Origin: Octopus sinensis
Taxonomy: Eukaryota
NCBI RefSeq assembly: GCF_006345805.1
Contig: NC_043001.1
Coordinates: forward strand, 119,784,001-119,848,000
Reading direction: 5' to 3'
DNA: 64,000 nucleotides
In this document: piece after piece, positions 26,116 to 38,593 of the stretch
How the letters are laid out: every line of letters starts with the position of its first letter
Position numbering within the stretch: position 1 is the stretch's first letter
Notes under the pieces: model-generated
The model's database searches: none
Told to the model about the DNA's origin: nothing
Seen by the model: the letters and a program-made list of their open reading frames with translations, nothing else
Translations under genes and position numbers: made by a program

Positions 26116-27231
26116 TTTCTATCATTCTATAAAATTGGATCTTTGACTGTCTTCTTACATTTCAGTTCCACTAAATATATCTAATTCCAAGCCCTTAAGC
26201 TTTATTCCTATTTAATTATCGCTCTGTATCTCTCCACTCTTAGTTTTCTGCTAATTTCTTTCTTTCTCCTCCTTTTTCTATAAACTACCTTTGACATTTT
26301 ATCTATTAAAGTTTTTTTTTAAAAAAAGCTTGCTAGCGTTCCCTTCATTATATACGCCATCATCATATTCTGTTAAAATGTGTTATTGATGTGTTTGGTT
26401 TCTTTCATTCCCTAATGAGAAGATTGCATTGTTTTACATCATTTCAATCCTTCTGGAATAATACCAATGTTTTCTTCGAAACATATATTGGAAGTAAAAA
26501 GATTCTAATAACACCTGTGTTTAACTCCATTTATTTAATTATCTATGTTATACAAAACATTTCACCAAAACCTGGAATTTCTACCTTTATTAGTAGGCTG
26601 TTACATCCTTGGTACTTTTGTGAACTTTTACTATCTTGGTAACTATTTATTTTTTCTGTGTTATTTGTAAACATTGAAAAAATACACATACATTTATGTA
26701 TGTTAATAAAATAGAACATATGCATATATATAAACATATATGTACGTACCTACCTCTACATGTACATATACACGCATATATGTGTACAGGACACCAAAAA
26801 GACGTCGAACACATAGAGAGACGAAAAACATAGACACAAACCAAGGAACAAGACAAGCAAAAAAAGAGATATAGGACAATAAGCACAACGAAAAATCCCC
26901 TTCTTCAGTCACTAAGGTTTCATCTACTAAACGTTTCGAAGGATAAAAGCGAGACGTATACTTCGAAGAAAACTTCCTTCCTGCGAAAAGCAAATCAATT
27001 AAAATTCTGAGATCTTTTCGCAGAGGGGTAAAAAAAGCAAGACGGTAACGACAGTACAAACATATAAACAGTAAAAAATATATATATAAACAGTGGAAAA
27101 ATAAATATATAACAGTGAGAGACAGGACAAGGAGAACAAGATAGGAAGGGCTGTTAACGCCAGACGAAAAAAGTATTGCAAACGCTGGATTATAGTGGAC
27201 GACGAGATATGTATATATATATATATACATT

Positions 27232-27269
<38 letters not shown>

Positions 27270-28164
27270 GCATCAAGTACAGGACATCACCAATGAGTGA
27301 AAATTACATAGACACACAAGTGATAAGTTCAGTACAAATTACCAAACAATATACAATAAGAACATGTCATCACCAAGGGGAAAATACCCAAACGTGTATG
27401 TATATATATGGCTGTGTCCAGGTTATTTGTCAGAAGGGCTCAGCATGGTAGAGCAGAATGAGTAGAAACAGGTACACCTAGTAAGTAACATGCCACTATA
27501 TAAGTTTTAGGCTCAAAATTCAAGCTACATTAAGTTTCCACTGCAGTATAATGCATTTTGTAGAATATCAATAGAGATTAGGGCTATTTCAGAGTAGGAA
27601 GAGCCATATACAGTTTAAAAGAATAACCAGAAAGCAGACGGTTGGCATTTCAATAATTCCATTACATTACTTTCAATTGTCAATAATCAATATTCAAAGA
27701 TGGTACATATTATATCGACCATCAGCTACATCGTCAGATGGTATGGTGCAATATGGTTTATCATAGCAGTTTTGCCCTTATAATACAGAAATGATTCATG
27801 CATCAGCCAATGATAAGAAGAAAAGTAAAGAGTAGAAATAAAAGTAACATGTGCAATTAAAGATTGAAACAATTGTTAGAAAGAGTATACACGACTGTTT
27901 AGGTTATGAAGTTAAGGTGTCAAAGAGAAATACACAAACATTAATTCATTGCAATAAACTGACCCAGAACATAAAAGAACATTAAAAAATTTCAAATTGG
28001 AGAAAAAAATTTATAATTATGTATAAACCAAATATGCAAAGAGGCATAAAGCAAAGAAAAGAAACAAAACAAAACAAAATGTTTGCATTGGGAAGATCAG
28101 ATTACACACTCACAAGCGCATGTGCATGCATGCACACACACACACACATACATACACACACACA

Positions 28165-28212
<48 letters not shown>

Positions 28213-28360
28213 TACTTTTCCATGCACCATCCTGGTGTCCTGGTGATGGTGTACGGAAAAATGACTGAAACACCAAATGACCCCAGGAAATGTCAGTGGT
28301 GTTTTGCATATGTATATATGTATGTATATATCTCTATGTATCTATGTATATATATGTGTG

Positions 28361-28422
<62 letters not shown>

Positions 28423-28587
28423 CTATATATAATATATATTATTAATATTATATTATATATATTATATAATAGTAATAACAAAGGGTAAAATTAATAGCTA
28501 GCGTTTTTTGGCTGCTATTTCTAAGCTTCTGTATGTGGTAAAGCAAATCTTTGCTGAACCCCAATTATTTAGTATATTATATAATAT

Positions 28588-28714
<127 letters not shown>

Positions 28715-29724
28715 CATATAAATATATATGCACATTCACACATCATCATCATCATGCTGGCATCAGTTGGATGGTTTGACAAGATCCAATAAGCCAGAGG
28801 ACTGCTGCATCATCAGGATCCAGTATCGGGATGTCCTTCATAACCCTGACACAAGTGAAGATCACTGAGTAACTTGCAAGACAAAGACAAAGAAAAAAAG
28901 AGAAGAAGAAGAAGAACAACAACAACAACAACAACAGCAACAACAACAACTACTACTACTACTACTACAACAACACACCACCTAGGTTGTAGTGCCATTA
29001 TGTCAAATGCTAAGAGGCTAAAGTATGATAGCACAGGTGTCTTACTCTACAGAAAAGACATGGCTACATCATATAACACCAGACGGTGCGGGGATATCTG
29101 GAAAAAAGATAGTGATGTTTGTGACTTGGTGTAAGAACATACTGTCAAAGCTTAAGGAGACAAATATAAGAGAAAACATGGACTGGGGATATGAAAGGGG
29201 TTGATAATTTCACGGAAAAGTTAGAATAAAGTGATAAGGGATTATGGATGAATGTAATGGCTAATGCAGTGAATGATGTACGAGGGTGGAGGTGTGGTCA
29301 GTGGTAAATATTAAGGAGGAGAAGGTCAATGAAATAGCCCAGAAAGGAGATAAGTGGCAATGCAAGATAGGGTAGATTACAGTAGTATAAAGAGCAAATC
29401 AATAGATTAGAAATTAAAGAGGGAGGAAGAGGTGTACAAGAACACAGATGAAAGTTAGAGGTATGCAGTGGTGGCTATAGTGTATGGGGAACAGAGATGG
29501 TGGTCTGTTGAGAGTGGCAGCTGGTAGAAGAGAGTGTATGGCTAATGATGTATGGCTAAGATGTAGCTCAGAGGTCAGGGAGAAATAGGGTACAGAAAGG
29601 GTGAGCTGTAGAAAATGAATCATGAAAGGATGACATTGGTAAAGAAGGATTGATGTTAAAGGAAGTTGTGTGTGTATGCATATTCTCATATATTTTTATG
29701 TGTGTGTATATATAAATATATATT

Positions 29725-29916
29725 TTTTTTTTACTGGGGAAGGCTGGTTTATGGGATTACTCTGGGTTTCCTGTCTATAAAGGGTTTAACTTTATGGCAT
29801 CTCGTCAGACCCCAAAACCTGCTGGCCTAAGACCCCTTCAAGATATTAAAAAGTTAAACCCTATATGGACAGGAAACCCAGGGTAATCCCATAAACTGGC
29901 CTTCCCCAGTAAAAAA
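29725..29916. mobile_element. Short fold-back insert with hammerhead
   Basis: Arms tttttactggggaagg..gggtttaacttt and aagttaaaccc..ccttccccagtaaaaaa. Confidence 0.7.
29753..29813 (-). ncRNA. Type I hammerhead ribozyme
   Basis: Minus strand: ggggt CTGACGA gatgccataaag ttaaacc ctttatagacag GAAAC ccaga GTA atccc. Confidence 0.65.
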
Positions 29917-30080
29917 TATATACTGCTCAACATCTTAAAGTGTACTTCTCTGGATTTATGTTTTCTGCAAATGATATATATATATATATATATAAACTAG
30001 TAAATCCCAAAAAAGAAGAACAGCATGAGGACGTGGTACATGTAAAATATTAGCAGACACTCAGGGAAGGAAAGAAAGAT

Positions 30081-30116
30081 GGTTAAATGTTTTGAGCAAT
30101 GCTCTTCTTCAGAAAC
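30081..30116 (-). ncRNA. Decayed minimal hammerhead
   Basis: Minus strand: gttt CTGAAGA a gagc att gctc AAAAC ATT taac. G12 is lost. Confidence 0.45.
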
Positions 30117-30313
30117 AGAGGAAAGTCCAATAGAAAGGAAGATGGAGGAAGGAAATTGTCAATGATTCACATGTGGTTACATTTTGAAATATATATATAT
30201 AAGAAATGATTGAGATTCAATTGAATTAGGTACTTAAGTTGAAGCATCAAATCAGTGCAGTATTATCTGTACAACTCACAGATCAAAATAAGCAACAGGA
30301 TACCAAAAACTGA

Positions 30314-30399
30314 TGCAGTATGAGCGTTTCAAGCAGCTCCATTTAATTGAACAATGCAATCATTACATCAATTTAAATGCAGAGCTATCCTCAGCTGCA
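30314..30399 (-). ncRNA. Type I hammerhead ribozyme, extended stem II
   Basis: Minus strand: tgcag CTGAGGA tagctc..atttaa...ttaaatggagctg ctt GAAAC gctc ATA ctgca. Stem I is a perfect 5 bp. Confidence 0.6.
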
Positions 30400-31657
30400 T
30401 AGATAAATAAATAGAATTTTTAATCAGTTGGACATTAGTATAATTTTACTCAAATACTCTAATACAACAGGAAAATCGAAAGAATCCATGTTGCCATTAG
30501 CATAGCTAAGAATATACTACACTTCTAAGAAATGCATGAAGTGTGTTGGGGGTCATAGCTTGTAAAGGATTGTGGTTCATTTTTGATTTATTACCCTTTT
30601 TATCAACTACTAAATCTAAGACTAGAGGGCTGCATCTGTTTAGAATGGAGAGCAGGAGTGAGTTGACAGCACATAGCTGTGTATGGTCATAAATATTGAC
30701 AAGATTTTAGGAGTAGTATAAAGTAATTGTCTGCAAAGGAGGCTGGGTAGGGGAAGACCACAAATCAAGATGTTAATAACCAGTTAAAGGGACAAGACGC
30801 TAATAAAACCTGTGATGTTAATACAGGGGAAATTTCATCATTGGGTACTATGGGTGATTGTTTATAAATAATATTGTTATGTTGTATAAAGATAAAATTT
30901 AAAATTATCAAAAATGATATTATAACCAAATTAGATAAAATGTGTATATATACCAATTTTTAACATTAGAAAGGGAAGATTACATAGAATTAGTTTAATA
31001 TTCATTCATGTACTTAATTATTTACTTATTAGGTGATTTCTATAAAAACTGCTCTGGGAATTTGCTTATGGAATACTGGGGCAATAAACCATGCTATCTA
31101 TATATTGATTATAAGCTAAGAATCAGAAAAAAATCGAAAATAATAAAAGTTGTGTACAGATACACACACATATTTATCTATATGCACACATAAATATTTA
31201 TACATTATTATGGATATATTATAATCAACTCTCATAAAATAAGTAACTAGAAAGTTTATGTCTCTATTTAAAAACAGTTACATCTTATAAGGGATAAGAG
31301 GTTAATAGGTAAAGATATCAAAATATGAAAACAAAATAATAAGAAATTACAGAGAAGAGTAAGAAAATAAAGAGACAGAGTATTAAAATTTGAGGTAGGG
31401 GAGAGATAAAGATAACCTCAAAGAAGAAGCAATAGGTATGGGAGTAGAGAGGGCAGTTGGAGGTATTCAGACCAAAGAGGTATTTTATAAGTTGTAAATT
31501 TACTGGTGCTATCACATACATGATTTTATAGTTTCCTAGGGGTATATAATTAGGAGGCTTACTTGCATAAAAGCCATTACAAAAATACGCAATATGATCA
31601 GTACGGTAGAACAGCATAGAAAGGAACAAATAGTTTAATCACCAAAAACATGATGAA

Positions 31658-32008
31658 GTTAGTTAGTTAATTTTTGGCTCAAAAGCAAATAGCAAGGCCA
31701 TGTAGGGGGACATGGAGTTAAGTACAAGGTGGTGTTCATGTAAAGAGTTCAGGCCACTTGAGGTCAAGGGAGACTTTGAACAAAGCGGTCGTTGGCATCT
31801 TCACCATCTCGTCTGGCAGCTTGTTCCACGGATCTGCAACCCGGACGGAGAAAGCTCCTCTCCTTTGATTGAGATGAAATCGTCGCAGGTAGAGCTTTTA
31901 GGAATGACCCCGCAGCCGACGCTCTGGAGCAGGAGTGAAGAACAGCTCTTTCGAGAGGTTACACTTTCCGCTTATGATGTTGTGAGCGAGAATGAGATCA
32001 GGCAGGAT
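31658..32008 (-). mobile_element. CR1-clade LINE 3' end
   Basis: Minus-strand translation: DLILAHNIISGK..RLRGHS*KLY..RRGAFSVRVADPWNKLPDEMV..FKVSLD. (TAAC)n tail at 31658-31670. Confidence 0.85.
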
Positions 32009-32807
32009 TATTCATAGGATAGTAACTACATGTATAGGATAGTACATAGGATAGTAACTATATACCACATACCATACCATATAGCTTATAACATATGCAA
32101 TGCACTTCAATTCATCATATAACTCAATATCCCATGATTTTATTATATATAATACTAGAGGGTAAGTTCACATCAGATACAACAATAAAAATTAATTTCC
32201 ATCATCTAAGTTCAAGTATAGCACCAATAAATGCTAATTTCGAAAATATTTAAATGTACAGGTGACCCTATGTATGCATGATACCCTTAGGTCTAATCTA
32301 TTATTAATCAGGTTGCTCTTGTCCCTATACTTAAGAATCTCATAAGTTTCCATAGAGCACAGCTCACACCCATATTGATTATCTCTATATAAAAAAAAGC
32401 AACAACAGGAAATTAAATGCTATAACAAGTAGAAATTTCAGTTTAGATAATAAAGGTAGTGAGGAGAATGGGCAAGTTACTCTGCCTTATAGGGATAAGA
32501 AAAATACTGGTAATAGAGAGATACCTAATGATCAAGTCACAATTTTGAGAGGCAGTGAAAGAGCTTGTAGATTCCACCCTTACATAGATCATAAGTCTGA
32601 AAATAAGGACTTCATCTGGTATAACGTTCCCTTCAACTGGGCCATATTCACAAACATATATAGGAAATTTATGACAATTTTAGAAAAAACTTCCTCACTT
32701 CCCATAGATATAACAGAATTTTTTCCCATAAGTCAGTTAGAATCTTGTATTCTACTCTCCCCAATATGGGTACCATCATAGCAAGATTAAATAGAAAAAA
32801 TATAAAA

Positions 32808-32992
32808 TTACATTATTTACAATTGATGGATATTTGTCCTCATCTTGTTTATTGTTAACACGTTTTGGCTGATATACACTCCAGCTTTCATCAGGTGTCT
32901 TGGGGAAATTTGGAACTTGGGTTCTCATTCCCAGGGTATTTTTCGATGTTGTTATTATTATAATTATTATTATTATTATTATATTATTATTA

Positions 32993-33027
<35 letters not shown>

Positions 33028-33260
33028 TCACAGCCTGGAATTGAACTCAGAATCTTGGGGTTTGTAGCCCACACTCTTAACACTACACCATATGCACATG
33101 GGCATATGAGAACCCAGGTTCGAAATTTCCCCAAGACACCTGATGAAGGCTGGAGGGTATATCAGCTGAAACATTGTGTTAACAACCATTGTGTTAACAT
33201 CCATCAATTGTAAATAATGTAAATAATGTACATAATTCTTCATCTCTTAAATTTAGAACT
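32808..33260 (-). mobile_element. tRNA-headed, hammerhead-tailed short element with inverted tail copy
   Basis: Minus strand: A box TGGTGTAGTG (33090-81), B box GAGTTCAATTCC (33048-37), (AAT)n, then a tail with hammerhead (32857-32899). The tail is repeated in inverted form at 33107-33220. Confidence 0.75.
33135..33180 (+). ncRNA. Minimal type I hammerhead
   Basis: gacac CTGATGA a ggctgg agggtata tcagct GAAAC ATT gtgtt. The other arm retains ACGT at stem III. Confidence 0.6.
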
Positions 33261-34131
33261 GTATAATACAAAATTAGCAAGAGGTGGTAATAATAATAAA
33301 ATTACTGTCAACACTAACTTAAATGCCTACAATGAGAATAATAACATTAATGGTGATGTAGGAAATAGAAACAGTGGTACTAATGCTTCTAATATATACA
33401 ACATAGACTGTAGCTCCGAGGTTTAGACTAGCACTGAGATTACTGATATGCTTGTTGATGCTGAGAGGGAATTGAATGATACTACAATTGAAGGATGGCT
33501 AGATAATAACAGATATGAAAATAACACATGCAATAGTAGTAGTAGGATTAATAATGATAGTGATATTATTATTATTAATAACAATAATAATAATATTGTG
33601 AATATCAATAACATTAATAGTAACAATTCTCCTGGTTGCAATTGTAGAGTTAAATCCCAATGTCCATTATAAGGCCAATGTCTAATGCAAAACATAATTT
33701 ATAAAGGTACAATCATAACTGTAGCCAGTAACTTTATACATATAAGATGTTCAATCAATATGGAAAAAACATATTAATTCCTATTTTTCATCTTTTAGGC
33801 TCAAATATAAAACCAGTTGTACACTCTTATCTAGCAAGATTTGGGAACTGAAGGAAAGTGGAATTGAATTTAGCCTTAAATGTTATATAATAAGGAAAGC
33901 ACAGACAGTGACTTTATACTACTCCTAAAATTATATATAACAAGGGTGCTATGAAGCACCAGCTTTGCTAAAAATAGAAGTCGAAAATACTCTAAAGCCA
34001 CAAAAATTAACACTTGATTTTTAAAGACAAGGTTGGAAAAAAACTAAGTGAATAATGATTGCATCATACCTGCAAGAAGGAATGCCAGTTAATGTGGTAT
34101 CATGATTTCAAATATATGTGTGTGTGTGTGT

Positions 34132-34460
34132 AATTATAAATAAGGGCAAAAGAAAAAAATTCCTCAGCTAATATCATCAAACCACAAACAATATTTTTCA
34201 CCATAAATACACATTGTACTGAAACAAGGAAAGAAAGCTATCGGAAATTTTTTAAAATTCATTATTCCTGAAAAAATTCATTATTCCTGATCCTTCTGGT
34301 TGGGAATAATGAATTTTTAAAAAATTTCTGATAGCTTGCTTTCCTCGTTTCAGAATGCTTTGTATTTATAGTGAAAACTATTGTATGTGGTTAGACAATT
34401 TAAAGTCTATTTCTCAGCATATTGGCATAAAATGTTTTTCTTTTGCCCTTATTTATAATT
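34132..34460. repeat. Imperfect fold-back inverted repeat
   Basis: aattataaataagggcaaaagaaaaa.. / ..tttttcttttgcccttatttataatt. No clear ribozyme core. Confidence 0.75.
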
Positions 34461-34566
34461 GTCTATATTTTCACCTTCAAAGTTTTTTAATATGGTGGCC
34501 ACTGATAAAATTTTTCTTTTGAAAATATTTTATCCATATATTAGAAGTATATATATATTATATATA

Positions 34567-34623
<57 letters not shown>

Positions 34624-34908
34624 TATACACACAGCTGGGCGCATTATTCAATTTCCTCCACAACACTTTCTAACTGCAATTTTTTCTTCATGCTATTAAT
34701 CTTTCCCCTTACTTGGAATGAGTTCACTTGATAATCATCCTATAGCCTTAATACTGTCCTCACCATACACATTTTACATTGCCACCACCCATTGAACCAC
34801 CAAGTCATCTTACATTCTCTCCCATCATCATTGGTCATTCATCTACCTCTTGTCCACCAGTCATTATATCCAGCCCTTAAAACTATACATGTGTACACAC
34901 ACACACAC

Positions 34909-34942
<34 letters not shown>

Positions 34943-35062
34943 ATATATATATATATATATAAGAACACCTGTGGCTATCTGCTGACAACATTTTCCATCA
35001 TGTAATGGTAAAATACTCAATCTTTCTGCTGTTTTCATGGATATACTGTGAACATTAGCATC

Positions 35063-35106
<44 letters not shown>

Positions 35107-35143
35107 ATATATATTATATAATATATATATATATTTATATATA

Positions 35144-35183
<40 letters not shown>

Positions 35184-35234
35184 GTATATGCATTAGTAAA
35201 TGTCAGTTAATTAGTGACCATTAGAATCATAAAT

Positions 35235-35275
<41 letters not shown>

Positions 35276-35462
35276 ATAGACAAAACTGGACATGATTTTT
35301 CAGACGAAACTTTAGCTTATAATCAGAGCAGACGTAAATTTTTCTCTGTGCCAGATGATGCTAAATGGACTGAGAAAGAAACTGGAAATCTAAACCAAAT
35401 AATCAATTTCAGAAAAGAGCTGAGAATGGTTTGTGAGAGGAAAATGGAAATAGGAAGACAGC

Positions 35463-35517
<55 letters not shown>

Positions 35518-35822
35518 AACAAACAAATAAACAAAGACTTAAAGATTGATGATAGAAAAGTAAAAAGTGGAGCTTAACTGTTATTGTTGTGGGGAGTTAT
35601 GTCACTTTCAGTAAAATACCATAAATTATTTAGAGACAAGTCTTTTTTTTGTGAAATTATTTCCTAGATCTATATGAATGTTGCCTTACATTGTACTTAA
35701 TTCAGCAGTATTAAAAAAGAAATCCTTCTAACAGAAATGATTCTCCATAATGTGATAACACACACTACTTCTTGTTAATACTTCTTAACTACATAATTCC
35801 TCTAATGCTATACAATATATAT

Positions 35823-35853
<31 letters not shown>

Positions 35854-36456
35854 AAAGTCAATTTTACCCCTTCGAATTTACTCACTCTGATACTTTATTT
35901 TGCTATTTTGCTTCTACGTTCTTTGTCTTTTACTAATCCCAATCTTTTCCTGAAAACAAGTCGTATGAACCTCAGGCAACATCTTCAAATCACTGGGAGG
36001 CTGTATATAAAATAGGCAACATACAACCCTGTAGACTTTACCTAATCTCACAAACCACCACAATGCAGCTGCTGAATCTTCTTCAACACTATTTGCGAAC
36101 AGCAATTGTAAAACTATAAATCCTGGTCCAGCAAAAGTTTCTTCTTGTTTGCTGCCTCCTCTTCTACTATAATATTGCTGAGCCCACTCTACTTAGAATA
36201 TCATCATCATCATCATCATCGTTTAACGTCCGTTCTCCATGCTAGCATCGGTTGGACGGTTCGACCGGGGATCTGGGAAACCAGAAGGCTGCACCAGGCT
36301 CCAGTCTTATCTGGCAATGTTTCTACAGCTGGATGCCCTTCCTAGCGCCAACCACTCCAAGAGCGTAGTGGGTGTTTTTTACGTGCCACCTGCACATATA
36401 TATATATATATATATCATAGATATCATAGATATTCTTGACCAAAGCTAACCCAATT

Positions 36457-36464
<8 letters not shown>

Positions 36465-36491
<27 letters not shown>

Positions 36492-37071
36492 AATGTATGT
36501 ATGTATGTATGTATGAATGTATGTATGTATGTATGTATGTATGTATGTATGTATGTATGTATGAATGTATGTATGTATGTATGTTTGTATGATGTATGTA
36601 TGTATGTATGTATGTATGTATGTATGTATGTATGTATGTATGTATGTATGAATGTATGTATGTATGTATGTATGTATGATGTATGATGTATGTATGTATG
36701 TATGTATGTATGTATGATGTATGTATGATGTATGTATGTATGTATGTATGTATGTATGTATGTATGTATGTATGTATGTATGAATGTATGTATGTATGTA
36801 TGTATGTATGATGTATGTATGTATGAATGTATGCATGTATGTATGTATGTATGTATGTGTGTATGTATGTATGTATGTATGTATGTATGTATGTATGTAT
36901 GTTGTATGTATGTATGTATGTATGTATGCATGTATGTATGTATGCATGTATGCATGTATGTATGTATGTATGTATGAATGTATGTATGTATGTATGTATG
37001 TATGTATGTATGTATGTATGTATGAATGTATGTATGTATGTATGTATGTATGTATGATGTATGTATGTATG

Positions 37072-37105
<34 letters not shown>

Positions 37106-37383
37106 TGTATGTATGTATGTATGTATGTATGTATGATGTATGTATGTATGTATGTATGTATGTATGTTTGTATGTATGTATGTATGTATGTATATATGTA
37201 TGAATGTATGAATGTATGTATGTATGAATGTATGTATGTATGTATGTATGTATGTATGTATGTATGTATGTATGTATGATGTATGTATGATGTATGTATG
37301 TATGTATGTATGTATGTATGTATGTATGTATGTATGTATGTATGTATGTATGTATGTATGTATGATGTATGTATGTATGTATG

Positions 37384-37417
<34 letters not shown>

Positions 37418-37592
37418 TGTATGTATGTATGTATGTATGTATGATGTATGTATGCATGTATGTATGATGTATGTATGATGTATGTATGCATGTATGTATG
37501 ATGTATGTATGTATGTATGTATGTATGATGTATGTATGCATGTATGTATGATGTATGTATGTATGTGTATGTATGATGTATGTATGTATGTA
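36465..37592. repeat. (TATG)n microsatellite, about 1.1 kb
   Basis: Direct sequence. It is the source of the 399-aa and 344-aa pseudo-ORFs. Confidence 0.98.
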
Positions 37593-37666
37593 TAATGCTT
37601 AAAGACTTAACAAACTTTTTCCTTTACTTTTTCCTCCTGTCTATTTTCCTCCGATAAGCTCCAAAT

Positions 37667-37746
37667 CATTCTGACAATGCTTGTTAAATGGAGCAAGATA
37701 AGTGCAAATTTACTTCAAAAATAACAAACTGAAACAGCTGTAAACG
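37667..37746 (+). ncRNA. Decayed hammerhead
   Basis: catt CTGACAA tgcttgtta...taacaaact GAAAC agct GTA aacg. G8 is changed to A. Confidence 0.5.
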
Positions 37747-37842
37747 TTTTTTTTTTAACTGCAATTAAACTATGATTAATACCAATGATCAACTTCTACT
37801 CATTAATTGTTATTCCATTTCTTTTCTTATCTATATATAAGT

Positions 37843-38270
37843 AGGCACAGGAGTGGCTATGTAGGTACAGGAGTGGCAGTGTGATAAGTAGTTTGCTTAC
37901 CAACCACATGGCCCTGGGTTCAGTACCACTGCGTGGCATCTTGAGCAAGTGTCTTCTACTAAGGCCTCAGCTGACCAAAGCCTTGTGAGTGGATTTGGTA
38001 GATGGAAACTGGAAGAAGCCCATCGCATATGTATATACATGTATATGTATGTGTGTGTATATGTATGTGTGTCTGTGTTTGTCCTCCCAACATCACTTGA
38101 CAACCAATGCTGGTGTGTTTACATCCCTGTAACTTAGAAGTTTGCCAAAAGAGACTGATAGAATAAGTACTAGGCTTACAAAGAATAAGCTCTAGGGTTG
38201 ATTTGCTCAACTAATGGTGGTGCTCCAACATGGCCACAGTCAAATAACTGAAAGAAGTAAGAGTAAAGAG
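37843..38270 (+). mobile_element. Full-length tRNA-derived SINE (family of 22600-23052)
   Basis: ggcacaggagtggct..gggttcagtaccactgcgtggc..ggtggtgctccaacatggccacagtc. Partial copies at 38755-38910, 42290-42435, 53100-53335 and 53560-53730. Confidence 0.85.
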
Positions 38271-38529
38271 TATATATATATGTATGTATGTATAAAATTC
38301 CTCTTAATACTCCTGTCAGTGCTTTATAAACTAATTTTGTCTTTTTGTTTTACATATTAACTTAGCAGAATCTACTCCCAGGAAAATCCATTCCTTGGGT
38401 ATAACAGCATTGAAGACAATCTTTGAAATAAACAAGAACATGTCGCATATAAAAGAACTCTCCTTCCATTTATGGTAAAGAGATAATAGAAAATAATTTG
38501 CATGTAAAGAAACATAGGTGACGTGAAAC

Positions 38530-38593
<64 letters not shown>

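Larger units (their letters stand above)
25188..26540. mobile_element. 1.35-kb palindrome: 5'-truncated Penelope-like retroelement with inverted duplication
   Basis: Arms 25188-25858 and 25869-26540 are near-perfect reverse complements. They contain a GIY-YIG C-terminal relic and a hammerhead-bearing terminal repeat. Confidence 0.85.
32590..33905 (+). pseudogene. Decayed Penelope-like ORF (linker plus GIY-YIG region), interrupted by insert 32808-33260
   Basis: FIWYNVPFNWAIFTNIYRKFMTILEK / SHRYNRIFSHKSVRILYSTLPNMGTIIARLNRK, then GCNCRVKSQCPL*GQCLMQNIIYK, then TLLSSKIWELKESGIEFSLK. These are characteristic Penelope motifs. Confidence 0.8.

Noticed and set aside
36342-37541. 399-aa and 344-aa ORFs
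   Set aside because: They are translations of the (TATG)n microsatellite.
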